Source: the human T2T-CHM13v2.0 reference genome, Homo sapiens
Length of the DNA stretch: 64,000 nt
Strand: one strand, 5' to 3'
NCBI RefSeq assembly: GCF_009914755.1
Contig: NC_060926.1
Shown here: in pieces, positions 1 to 11,892 of the stretch
How the letters are laid out: each line of letters opens with the position of its first letter
Position numbering within the stretch: the first letter of the stretch is position 1
Made by a program: the position numbers and the translations under genes
Notes under the pieces: model-generated
Seen by the model: the letters and a program-made list of their open reading frames with translations, nothing else
Database searches by the model: none
What the model was told of the DNA's origin: nothing

Positions 1-2227
1 AAGACAGTGTGGGAGCCACGTGGGCTGAGGGAAACAGGGTGACTCCCTCGGGTCGCAGCAGTCCTGGGGCAGCCAAGCCCAGTGTCCCCTCCTGCTTTGT
101 CGGCTGGGCCTGGGCTCCGTGGAACGGGCGCCCTCTGGTGGCCCCTGGGCGGCAGATCCTCCCAGGAGCCCTGGACCCTCTGTGGCCTAGTAGGCACCAT
201 TCTCAGTCCCCTCTCTCCTGCATCCAGACTTCTCCAGGGGGACCTCCTCAGAGGGAATGCGAACCCCCTGGGGTTGGGCACCTCGCTGGCCCGGAGCAGG
301 TGGGGTAGAGATCTGATACTTCCTCGTGGGAAGGAGAGCAGTTGGCCCTGGGTGTGTGGCGGGCCTTCCCAGCCTCTGCCCCAGGGACCAGAAAAGGCAG
401 TGGGTGACAGGAGACTTAGCTCATGAAAGAGGGCAGTGTCGGGACATATTGGGCTCCCTTTTGAGACTTCCTTTGTCCTCTGGACAGCCAGGCCAGGCTG
501 CAGTGACAGCAGTGGTCATCCCATTTTATGGGCAAGGAAGCAGGCCTGGGTGCCACCAGCTGGACGGTGGCACTGCAGCAGGGCACCCGGCCACCCTCCC
601 TTTATGCCAGGGCACGGCACAGAAGGCAAGGGCGGAGCCGAGTGGCACCCCGGGTGCCCCTGCGCTGCCAGGAGCCCTCATGCTGAATCACTGCCCGCGT
701 GCCAGCAGGCCTCCTGCTTTTGCTTGCAAGGTTGTGTCTGGGCATAGGTGTTCCCAGAGCACCTGTCTGGCCTCCTGATGTCTGATGTGATGTGATGTGT
801 GTCTGTTTGCTCCTTTGCTGGGGTCTCAGCGCCCCACCTTGGCACCTGAGCTCCCTGGTCGCTGGGACCACCTCTAACTGTTTCCCTGTTGTAGCCACAG
901 AACCCGGCTGGCTCCCGGCCCAGGATAGCTTCTCAGAGGACACCCCCAGGCCTTCCTGGCTTTATACCTGGCTGTGCTGGGTGGGGAGCGGGACATGGAG
1001 GGTAGAGGAGGGTCTCCTTGGAGCAGACACCCCTGTTCTCAGGGTCTCCCAGCCTGAGGCAGAGGAGGGGCCCTAAGGTCTAGTTTTGGGGGCAGAAGTC
1101 AGAGTGGGGCATGGGACTGTCGGTGGCACAGAAACTGCCCAGCCGCTCCTGTGCCCAGAGTGGCAGCCCGCCTACCAGCTGGAGCGGGCACCAGCGTGCC
1201 CTGGAGCCTGTACCAAGCACCCACTCGTTGGGCCCCTCCGAAGGAATCTTTTCTTCTCTGTGCCACTTTTGACCGCCTGGGTGGTTGGCACACAGACTCT
1301 GGGGAACCATCCTCAGAGGGCCTGGACCTCTCCTTCCCACATCCCTGAAAGGGTGTTTCCGGCTGGGCCCGGGAGAGCCCACCAGCATCTGCTTCTCAGT
1401 CCTGCTCAGCGGGCCTCTCGGAGGCTGCCTGGCACACAGCCCCTCACCAGACCAGACAGTTCCCTGTGCCCTGTCCTGTCCAGGTGGCTCAGCGTGGTTC
1501 CCAGGTGGTCCTCAGCCTTTGCTGTGTCGCTGCTCTTCCCTCCATGAGAGGAGCTCATCATCCCCAGCGTGAGGACCGAGCGGAGCCCAGGGGAGCCCTG
1601 ATCCGACAGGGCCACCTGCGTGATGCAATGGCCTGGGTCCCTGCTGGACCGCCAAGCCTCCCATGCCAGGCAGGCCACAGCACTCCTCAGGCACAGATGC
1701 CCCCACCCCCATCCCATCCCCGGTGTCCCCGGGCCTTTTCACAGGAGAGAAAGGGAATAATCGTGACCTCCTGTGAAGGTGGCCAGGAGGGAGAAGGTGC
1801 TGGGGCTGTGCACCTCGTGGGCAGCCTCGGGCTGTGTCCCCCCTCTCCCCGGACACCCTCTGCAAAGGCCCACACACACCCCTCTCAGTTAATGGCATCC
1901 GGTACCCTAAGAGCACTCATGAACCCGGGTGCTCTTAGAACACGGGGAAACCCGGCTTGTGGAGCGTTTCCCATGACTGTCTGGTTAACACATCAGACGG
2001 AAGGGGTCTTTGTAGACCTGTTTTACAAATGAGTAAACCGAAGCCTGGTGAAGCGCTCCTCTTAGGGCCAGATCTGGCTACAGCATTGACCACTGCCCAG
2101 TAAAGCCAGGCCAGGCTGCTTGTCCCAGGCTCTGCACTTCTTGGAAGGCTCGTGCTTTTCCCAGCCCGCTCTCCTGTCCTGGGCCTGGGCTCCATCTCTT
2201 AGGCTCATTTAGAACGTTTAACCGGGA

Positions 2228-2554
2228 CTCCTCCTGGCCTCCCTGCCTCCGGTCCTGCCCAGCTCCTCCTGGCCTCCCTGCCTCCGGTCCTGCCCAGCTC
2301 CTCCTGGCCTCCCTGCCTCCGGTCCTGCCCAGCTCCTCCTGGCCTCCCTGCCTCCGGTCCTGCCCAGCTCCTCCTGGCCTCCCTGCCTCCGGTCCTGCCC
2401 AGCTCCTCCTGGCCTCCCTGCCTCCGGTCCTGCCCAGCTCCTCCTGGCCTCCCTGCCTCCGGTCCTGCCCAGCTCCTCCTGGCCTCCCTGCCTCCGGTCC
2501 TGCCCAGCTCCTCCTGGCCTCCCTGCCTCCGGTCTTGCCCAGCTCCTCCTGGCC
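2228..2554. repeat. 35-bp minisatellite (VNTR), ~9.3 copies of CTCCTCCTGGCCTCCCTGCCTCCGGTCCTGCCCAG
   Basis: Units start at 2228, 2263 ... 2508, with a partial unit at 2543. Only one substitution seen (C>T at 2535). Confidence 0.97.
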
Positions 2555-4054
2555 GTGCCGCCCAGAGAGTCGTACTTCCACACAGCTGGGCCTCACCCTC
2601 CGGCCTGGCTCCACTGCCTGTGGGGGGCAGGACTGCTAGGAGGGCTGTTCCCAGCGTGTGCCACGAAGCCCTGCATGTCCCCAACAGGGCAGACCAGCCA
2701 CCCACACTGGGCCAAGTGCCCCAGGATTAGTGGACAGGTACCCTATTCAGGTGCCCACAGGTGCCAAGCCAGGGAGATAAGGCAGTCCAGTCTGTTGGGG
2801 CTTGTACCTTCACACCAGCAATCTCTAGGGACAGTGTGAGCCTGTGGTTAACGCGCCTTCCCAGGTACCGAGGACGCCTCCCTACAGCAGGACGGGGGGC
2901 ATACCTACCTGGTGGCCGAACCGCAGGGCTGCACATCAGACCTCGGAGGAGAGCTTAGTGGGTGTCTGAGCATGCCCATGTCTGTTCTATGGCATCCATG
3001 TGCATGGCACAGGTGTCAGCCATGGGCTGGCACTAGACAGGAGACGAGCCAGGGGAGGGGCTCACCCGAAGCCACACTGGTCAGGTCTGGCCTGGGGCCC
3101 CACATCTGCCGTGCCCGGGGCCAGTGAGAGGCTGGACGCCTTTTCTTAAGCCAGACCGTCCTCACAGGGCCTGGCTCAGTTATTTCAGATCAAGACTGGA
3201 CCCGTGGTGGAGGCTGGGGTGGGCACTCCTACATGCGGGGCCTCTGCCCAGCCCTGGCCCTGTCCAGTGTCGACGTGCCCAGAGCCCTGAGCCGGCCTGG
3301 ATCTTGCCAGTCGCCAGCACAGCCCTGTGGGGCCCGGGATCTTGCCCACTTTACGTGGGGGCTCCAGACAGGAGCCGCCTGCCCGGAGCCTGGGCTCCTC
3401 GCTGCCGTGCCTGTGGTGGCTTTTCTTTGTCTGGGAACAGGCCTGGGCAGGTGCCCTGAGCCGCTTGAAGTCTCCTGACGGGGTGGGGGGTGCAGTGTAG
3501 GGTGTTGAGGCTTGGGCCAGGGAAGCGGGCGGTTCTCCCTCCACCTCCAGGCCCCACACCCAGGCGGGAGCACGCAGCAGCCAGGTGTTGGGTGAGGGCT
3601 ATGCTGAGGAGCAGGGCCCAGAGCTGCAGCCTCCTTGGCTGCCCTTGGCCCGCCGTGGGTGGCGGGGAAGTACAGGTGTGAGGGGCATACCCCACTGCCC
3701 CAGGCTCGGTAGCAGTCTGGAATCCGGGTGGGTTTAGGAGCCCCTGAGAGAGCCAGGCCAGCCTCACACCATCCCCTCTCCTGCCTGTGGCCTCAGCTCC
3801 ATCTCCCGCCAGCTCCTGCTGACCCACCTTTCTGGCACACCTGTCCCCTCCCTCCACGGCGTCCTCCCTGTGCCCACCCACAGCACCCGCCTCCTCCGGC
3901 CCTTCCCCACAGCTTGACTTCCCGGGCATCGGCCAACACGTACCCTCCCTGTTGCCGGGGCCCCCGCCTGGGCAGGCCTGAGCTCCACACAGGGTGGGGA
4001 AGGCCCCGAGTCCCTCCCGGTACCGGGTGGGGCTGGGTGCCGGGGTTGGGAGCA

Positions 4055-4458
4055 CAAGTGTTTCCAGGGCTGTCGGAACAGTGCCACAGGCTGAGCAGCT
4101 GCAGCTGCAGACATGGGTCGTCCGTGGTTCTAGAGCCTGGAAGCCTGAGATCAAGTGTGCGTCCACCAGGCTGGCCCCTTCTGAGGCGTGAGGAAGTCTG
4201 CTCCACACTGCCAGCTTCCAGGTGTTCCTTGGCTGGTAAATCCCACCTTGGCCTCCACAGGCCGCTCTCCCCGTGTGCGCTTCTGTCTCCGAATTCCCCC
4301 TCTTCACAAGGACACAACTCTAATTGGGTCAGGGCCCACCGGTACCATCTCTTCTTAACGAGAGGTGTCACACAGACTCCACACCCAAAGTCACGTCCTG
4401 AGGAATCGGGGTTAGGCCTCAGCCATGTGGGTTTTGGGGGTACAGTTTAGCCTGTAGT
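4055..4458 (-). mobile_element. MaLR LTR, MLT1 family (MLT1C-like), degenerate
   Basis: Recognised MLT1-type segments 'gttctagagcctggaagcctgagatcaag', 'ccttctgaggc' and 'aaagtcacgtcctgagg...ggggttagg'. Boundaries approximate. Confidence 0.6.
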
Positions 4459-5569
4459 GGGGAGCTAGCCCAGCCCGGCACACCTACATCTTCCCATCAG
4501 GTGGCAAAGACCCCGAGGCTCTGGGTGTTTTGTGATTGTGGCCTCCTGAGCACTGGGCCGTGTTTCTGTAATGGGCTTAGAGCTCAGCACAGATGTGCCC
4601 GAGACCCTGGTGACAGTGTGAGGGAGTGACCATGCCCCAGCCTGCCGCTCACCCCCGCCCACCTGAGGCGCTCTCTGGGCACAGCCTGGTCCCCACAAGC
4701 CTGGGAGGCCTCAGCGTCAGGCCCTGCACAGCTACTGGGTCCTTGGCCAGCCCCTCCTGCCGTGGGCCTCCGCTTTTCCCTCAGGTCCGGGTGGCAGGGC
4801 CGGGCCACTCAGGTGATGTTCCAGGTCTAGTGGTACAGCAGTGGCTGAGGATGCCGCCGCCTGTGCCGTCACAGAACTGGGGTGGGGGGCAGTGGCCAGG
4901 CTGGCCTGAAAACCTTCTCCAGGTTGCGTTGGGGGAGCCCAGGCTGGGAGAGTCGTGGTTCAGTGGTGTGAGTGTGCCTTGGACAGGCCCCAGTCTCCCA
5001 CTTGTCAGGGGGCAGAGCCCTTCAGGTGGACTTTGGGCGGGGAGGCAGTGGGACTGCAGGGCGAGGGTTTGGAGATGTAGAGATGAGGGAGGCCTGGGGG
5101 CCAGGAGGCTGCACCACTGCTGTCTCCTGAGGCGGTGGCTGGCCGAGGAGGCCCGCTGCTCTCTTGTGCTGAGTGCCCCTTGGGTCCTGCAGGCTTGGCA
5201 GGGTGACAGGGCAGCCACCCAGGGGCTCCACCTGTCCTGCTCCTTCAGGAGGAGGAGACCTCCCAGGGCTGTGGTGGGGAGGAGGGCCAGCCACAGAGCC
5301 ACTGCAAATCATCCCTGAGGCCAGGCGACTCGGAAGCAGAAACCCTGAGCCCAGCACGGGGCAGTGGGAGGTGAGGCCCAGCGGCATCTGTGAACTAGGC
5401 CTCCTGGTGGGCTCTCAAGGTCTTTGATGGGGCGCAGCCGGTGGACAGGGAGAGAAGGGTCCCTCTTTCCCCAGGCCCTCCCTCCCCTGGTCCTCTCCCA
5501 CCTTTGAGGTGCCCCAGGAGTTCCCAGAGTCGGCAGCACCAGGGGCTGTCTACCGGGTGGGCTGAATAC

Positions 5570-5645
5570 CACTTAGTTTGCAGATGGGAAAGCTGAGTCC
5601 CAGAGAGGGGTTCCCAGGGCTCAGAGCTGAGAGGCCTCGCCGCCT
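5570..5645. mobile_element. MIR SINE fragment
   Basis: 'tttgcagatgggaaagctgagtcccagagagggg' resembles the MIR core. Confidence 0.4.
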
Positions 5646-7334
5646 GGGGCCAAGCCCCACACTTGCTTGCCGAGTGACTCACTCCTGCTCTGGGCCTGGC
5701 TAGCAGGGGTGAGGCTGGGTCAGAGGATGGGGAGCTGGGCCAAGGCCACAGACTACCCCGCAGGTGCAGGCACCCAGAGGCCTGAGGGGCACCGGGAGCG
5801 CACAGGAGGGGAGGCTGTGAACACGGCCCGGCTTCTTTGCAGCTCCGTGTCGGGGCCGTGTGAGGACACACACCGCAGGAGGGCCCGGCCAGCCTCAGCC
5901 CAGCCCAGCCGCCACGCCCGGTGGGTCTCCTGAGGTCAGAGCCAACCCCACAGTGGGCACCACATGCCCGCCTGCTGTCCTGGCTCCTCCTGAGGGACAA
6001 GGGTGAGCTGGGCGGGCCAGGAAGTACAACGCTGCTAGGCTTCTGTTCTCGCCCCACAGAAGTTCAGGTTCTACTGAGAAACTTGGCTGGGGCTTCCGGG
6101 GACTCCCAAATCCAGCCGCCCAGGACCCTGCGGCACTGTCCATCCTGAGCCCCGTCCTCACCCGCTGGTCCATCCTGGGGTGATGGATCTGGCTGCAGTG
6201 ACCCCGATGCTCTGAGGCCCAGAACAGCACGTCTCCCTCCTGGGAACAGCCAAGCCTTAGGCCCATGCAGCAGCGACCAGATCCCTAGCCTCCCCGGCAG
6301 GGGTGCTTCCTGGGTGCGCCATCAGCAGTGGCCACCAGCAGTGGGACCTGTAGGGAAGTCTGTGGCCTGTGCGCACCTTCAGACGATTTCCCCAAACACC
6401 GAGGACAGCTGTCCAGTGCGTCACAGAGCTGTGGCCTATGGGTGATCGTCTCAGCCTGTCCCTGCATCTGGTGCAGCCTCAGTGCCCACTGTGGACCCCG
6501 CAGCCCACCCGTGTCTGGCGCATCCTTGGTGACTGGGGCTCCCTGTGGCTGTCTGATCCCATCCCTGTGGTAACCCATGTGTGACGTCCAAGTGTCTCCT
6601 CAAGAACCGGGGCCAGGAGGCCCATCCTTGGCTCTGGAGACTGCAGGGAGAGCATCCCACCCACCTGTGACCATCTACCAGGCCCTGGGGACAAAGCTGA
6701 TGCCACCTGCCACCAGGGTTGGCTCAGGCGTTTACATGCATCTCCAGTTGTCATGGAGCTTGGGACACACTGGACCCAAGGAGGTATTTTAAAAGGACAA
6801 GTCTCTCACGTAATCCAGCCCCACTGTTCCTGAACGCGATGCCCCCTCCCCGAGCCTGGCGGGGGGCTGTACACAGAACACTGCTCAGCATCTTCAGTCT
6901 CCCTCCTGTGGCCTCACACCCAGGATGGTAGGTGTTAGAACAGGTGCCTCCCTGTTCTATGTGCGTGGCCTCATCCTGTGGGCAATTTGGGGTGAGGGGT
7001 GGCTGCAGGTCAGACAGATACCTGGGAAGGTCCCCTGGGATAGGGTGGCTCCCAAGCGGGAGCAGTTGCCCTGGGCACTTGTGACATCCCAGTGATTGAG
7101 GAGTGGGGGTGCTCTGGTGTTTAGTGGGTGGGGCCAGGGAGCCCAGTAATCCTGCAAGATGGAGGTGCCCTTCCACAAACGCCAGTAGCACCCCCAAGAG
7201 AAATACTTGAACTGAAGCTATAGGCAGAACCACGCCAGGGGAAGAGGGAGCTCAGGGGAGGGGGCACCACTCAGCGCCAGGTGCTGGGATGGGAGGAAGG
7301 GCAGACTGTGGTGGCCAAACACCAGCATGCAGGA

Positions 7335-7836
7335 GGGTTGTTCTAGATGCATCCATCCTTCTGTGGGTGCACGGATGAGGTTCTGGATGTAATTCATGGG
7401 CTTCATGAACTTGGCTGAGAAAGAGATTACATCTCCATCGTTGCTAACCTCTAACCAGAATTTAGCATTTTTTCTTACTCGGAACGATGGTGTTCCGGGA
7501 CCTGGGGCTTGGTCACCAGTAGACGTCGCCGCTGTTTATGCCCCTCCACGTTCGTAGCAGACAGCTTGGAAAACGGCGTCCTCTCACTGTGACTTTGAAT
7601 TGTAGTCAGTATTAGGCCCGTTGCGGCTCCTGTGAAACGGCTTCCCGGGGAAGCACGTGCGTTGCCACCTCACAATTCGTTGTATCACATTCTGGTAACT
7701 GCTGTGTGATGAGTGCTTCCTCCATGGTCCTCTGTGTAGTTGTATGCTTCAGAAACAAGCATCGTCCTGAGAAAGCGTCTGCGGCTTCACCAATGGGCAA
7801 CGGGGCCCACGGCACAGAGAAAGTCCGGCTGACCTG
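7335..7836 (+). mobile_element. hAT-Charlie DNA transposon remnant (Charlie4a-like)
   Basis: 'catgaacttgg...attacatct...ctaacctctaac..gaatttagcattt' and the end 'ctgagaaag...ggcttcacca...ggggcccacggcacagagaaag' resemble the recalled Charlie4a consensus. Confidence 0.55.
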
Positions 7837-10098
7837 AGCAGCAAGTCGCCCTCGCAGCAGAGAAGGAGAGGCTTGGGGCCCAGTGTGTCTGCGCCCAGGA
7901 GGGCCCACTGTGGCCTAGGGTCCGAAACGGGGGAACGTGATGGGGAGTCCCCAGGCACCTTGGGCGGAGCAAGGAGCAGGGCCATCTGCCTGCCGTGCGA
8001 GTGAGGGGGACACATCCCAGGTCCTCTGCATCATTGGAGGCTCCGTGAGCTCCTACTGGGTGCTGTTCTGGGTGCTGAAACGCAGCTGCAGACAGAGCCC
8101 TTGCTCTCTGGACGCAGTTAGCGCAGAGACAGGGCACGTATGAGAGGGTCCACACAAGCTGTGCCTGTGCTTGGCCACCATGAGTGTGTAGCTTGTGTGA
8201 GTTACAAGTAAAGGGGTGTGACATGCAGGAATCTAGGCATCTGCATGTGAGGTTTGCAACCACTCACCCATTTGAGTCATGTGAACCCTGAGGGCCGAAC
8301 CCTAAAGACCACTCCCTGGCTGGGGACTGGCCCAGGGCTCCCAAGTGCAGTTTGGCCCCTCTCTTGCCATGGCCATCTCTTGTCCTGTCCTCGGCCTCCC
8401 ATGCTGCCTTACAGGACCCTCAACTGGGGCTGGCCACCTGGGGCTCCTCCCCAACCCAAGGAGCCTGGAGCATCTGGGTCCTGGAGCACTGGGGGCCAGC
8501 TCATTGAGAGGACCAGAGAGGAGACTTGGGGAGCAGATAGGAAGGGCTGGGTTCTTCCAGCCCACATCATTCGGCCCGCAGAGGACAGAGAGGGGACCAG
8601 GGTGGGCAGCCCCTGGGCAGTGTGGAGAGACCTGCCTGAGGGGAGCAGTGGAGCTGCACGGCTGGCATCAGAATCCAGGGTGGACTGGTGCCCCGAGCCC
8701 GAGCATCTCATCCATGGGGGGATAAGGGGTGTCCATCCACAGCCGTGTTGGGAGCCCAGCCTGGCATGGCCGAACCCCTGGCGTCTGGCACCCAGGGATG
8801 CCCAGAAGGGGTGGGCTTCACCCCGTTTCTGAGTAGCAAAGGCAGTGAGTGGGCCAGGCAGAGACGGGGCTGGGGGCTTGGTAGGCAGGGTCTGAGGGCA
8901 TTAAGGCTGGACCCCAGAGCCAGGAGGGGCGTGACCAGAGGTCTGAGTCGAAATTGAGGTGTCGTAGATGACCCCCATGTTCGTTCCTCCCTCAAGCAGA
9001 GATCCCTCGAGCTATGCCCCGACACAGAGGCTGTTCTGGGTACCGGGACACAGCAAAGTCCCTGTACTCCCTCCGGGGCCTCTGTGTGGTTGGGGCGACA
9101 TTGACAGTCATTTCGGAAGGTCAGGAAGGCTCAGCGCCGTGAGGAGGGTGTGGCAGGGCTGCTCTGAGGCCGGCGTGGAGCCGGCGGATGGAGGGGGAGG
9201 GCACGTAGGTGTGCACACACTGCCTGCGCCCCTGTCCCCATGGACCTCGGGTTCCCAGGGAGGCGGCCTGCCGGGCCTCTGGGGAAAGCCACACCCTTGG
9301 CCGAGGGCTGGCTCTCTTGAAGATCATGGCCGTTCCTGGTGGCCGTCGTCTTAGCAAAGGGGCGGGTCCTGAGAGAAGCCAAAGCCAACCTGCTGGGGGT
9401 CAAAGGGGGTCAAGGGCCGGCTCCACACCGGCTGTGTGCCCCTGGCCCTGCCCACAGTCGCTGTGTACCCTGGCAGAAGGCTGGCCCGCCCTCTGCCCAG
9501 CGTGTGTCATGTCAGGGAGGCCTATTCTTTCTCTAAGTCCCATCTTCCAGAAGGTGGGCTGTGGATGAGGGCACTCCATGGGGAGGGAGGAAGGCCAGGC
9601 TGGGGAGCCACATCTGCCTGGACAGGAGGCCCCGTCATTGTCACCGGCGCAGCTGCTTCCTGGTTGTCACCCTGAGCGCTCACAGCACGCAGTGTCGGCG
9701 CTCCCATTCGCTGGCTCTGGGTGTGAGATGGTGGAAATGGCAAGAAGAGTTGCTGCCAGGCCATTCTGGGTGGAACACAGTGTCCCCAGGGCACAGTGAC
9801 AGTGGAACGGCCGGAGGCGCTCTCGAGCCCGCCTTGAGGGTGGCAGCTGGTTTTCAGGAAGAGAGTCAAGGGTGGAGAGTTCAGGAGGCACCGCAGGCCC
9901 TGTGGAGAGGCAGGAAGGGCAGGAGATGCTGGCCCCGGGTCTGGACAGCTGCCCTCATAGGGGCCTCTCCCTTCCCCTACGGGATGGGGCTGGTTCGTTC
10001 CCCCAGGCTGTCTGCCTCCTGGATCTCATGTGCCCGCCCCAGGCAGTGTCCCCAACCTCTGCCCAGAGCCATCTCATGGGATCCTGGCATCCCTCTGT

Positions 10099-10209
10099 CT
10101 GCCAGGCAGTCCGGGTGTAGATAGTCCCTGCCAGGCAGTCCAGGTGTAGACAGTCCCTGCCAGGCAGTCCGGGTGTAGATAGTCCCTGCCAGGAAGTCTG
10201 GGTGTAGAC
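10099..10209. repeat. 29-bp tandem repeat, ~3.8 copies (CTGCCAGGCAGTCCGGGTGTAGATAGTCC)
   Basis: Units start at 10099, 10128, 10157 and 10186. Confidence 0.9.
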
Positions 10210-10777
10210 GGGGTGGAGTCAGGACTCCAGGTGCCTGGGGGTGGAACTCTGAGCCTCCGGCTCTCCTCCGGCAGGTGGCTTCGGGAAATGGGTGGGAGTC
10301 ACGGAGGCAGGGGGCCCCCATTCCCACCTGCTCCAGGACCCGCAGGGCCCACAGGAGGTCGAGGTCGGAGCTCACCTTTGGGGAGGCGATCAGGCAGGCA
10401 CATGACAGGACCACCTGCTCAGAGTCTCCCTGGGCTGGGAGCCCTGGGCGTTCTCGGTGGTGGGCTGTGTGACCAGCAGCGTGGCTGGCAGGTATCCCTC
10501 CCCGGACGTGGCCTTGCAGACACCAGCCCAGCTGCCTGAGGCCCAACTAGGTTTCAGCAGCACCTGGCCAGCAATGGGATAGTCAGGCCAGCGAGGGTGG
10601 CCAGGCCTGACCCTAGTTTTGCAAGAGTGGCCTAATCTCCATACCTGGGCTCGGGGTGCCCAGGTATCAAGCCTGGGCTTCTCATTTCCTCCCCTTCAGT
10701 GAGGACAGGGGGACACTCAGGCCAGTGGAAGGAGATCTGCCTTAGGGAGAAGTCTGAGACCTGGGGGGGAAGCCACC

Positions 10778-10830
10778 TAACCTCCGTGAGCCTCAGTCTT
10801 CCCATCTGTAAGCTGGGGGTGGTCCTGTCT
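10778..10830. mobile_element. MIR SINE fragment
   Basis: 'aacctccgtgagcctcagtcttcccatctgtaa' resembles the MIR core. Confidence 0.5.
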
Positions 10831-11080
10831 GCCTGTTAATTGAGATAGTGCTGATTTCAGGAGAGACCCACTGCTCTCCAAGGAGGCTGGGGACAGTTCA
10901 GAGTTGAAAGCGGCCTTAAACCTCCTGCTGACAGCCTGGACGGGGTCTGAGACCTGAGTGGGGGAGCCAGGGATACGTGGGTGCGCAAGCATGCATGGGT
11001 GCCCAAAGGTGGTGGGCTGCTGCGGGTGGGGAGACCTGTGTGATTCCGGCAGGCGCCCCCCCCCACCCCCACGCTGCAAA

Positions 11081-11892
11081 GGGCCGCCGGACTTAGCGGA
11101 TGCAAAGACAGGACACGAGGTACATGGGAATTTCAGGTAGACCCTGAATCATTTTGTAGTGCAGTGTGTCCCAAATACTTTAATTTCAAATAAGGAAATA
11201 AATGTTGAGAGTAAATATGCCCTACATATTTAGTGTAAGTACACCCCAGATATTTTTGGGGAGAAGAGTTGTTTGCTTTTTGTGGCAAAATATGCATAAC
11301 AAAATTTGCCAGTTTAACCATTTTCAAGAGTTCAGTTTTCAGTGGCGTTCAGTCCATTCATGCTGTTGTGCGGCCGTCACCCCCATCCAGCTCCAGGACC
11401 CTTTTCATCTTGTAAAACTGAAACTCTGTCCCCATTAAACAGTAACTCCCCATTTCCCCTCTCCACCGCCCCTGGTGCCCGCCATCCTTTCAGTCTCTAT
11501 GAATCCGACTCCTCTAGGGACCTCACATAAGTCGAGTCTTGCCGTATCTGTCCTTTCGTGTCTGGCTTCTTTCACTCAGCGTCGTCCTCAAGGTTCCTCC
11601 ACGCCGGAGCATGTGTCAGAATTTCTTCCTTTTCACGGATTAATCCTATTCCATTGTATGCACCTACAGACAGTTTGTGGAAACAATCTATTCGACTGTG
11701 GAGAGACATCGTTTCTACCTTCCGGCTCTGGTGAATAATGCTGTGAGCATGGGTGTATGAGGAGCTGTTCCTTTTCCTGCTTCCAGTTCTTTGGGGCCAA
11801 ATACTTTCATACTGTACTAAAATAACAATTCATTGTTTATCTGAAATTCAGATGTAACTGGCCCCCGTGCTTTATCTGCACTCGTCCCCTAA
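11081..11892. mobile_element. MER53-like hAT MITE interrupted by an L1M fragment
   Basis: Right piece 'attgtttatctgaaattcagatgtaactgg...tttatctg' (11797-11892) and degenerate left piece 'gaatttcaggtagac...gtgtccc' (11081-11260). Confidence 0.45.
11270..11800 (-). mobile_element. L1MB-type LINE-1 3' end fragment
   Basis: 'aaatatgcataacaaaatttgcc...aactgaaactctgtccccattaaac...gtctctatgaat...cctcacataagt' is a typical antisense L1MB 3' UTR. Confidence 0.7.

Noticed and set aside
2078-2705. Three repetitive - strand ORFs and a CRISPR-like 35-bp periodicity
   Set aside because: These are translations of the VNTR. The units are head-to-tail with no unique spacers and there are no cas genes; the DNA is mammalian.
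3351-4450. 318-aa and 240-aa ORFs in GPC1 intron 1
   Set aside because: They overlap a decayed MLT1 LTR and GC-rich intron, are open on both strands, and show no homology I can recognise.
6392-6413. RE1/REST-like motif (CACC-GA-GGACAGC)
   Set aside because: The left half-site has about four mismatches to TTCAGCACC; too weak to call without ChIP data.
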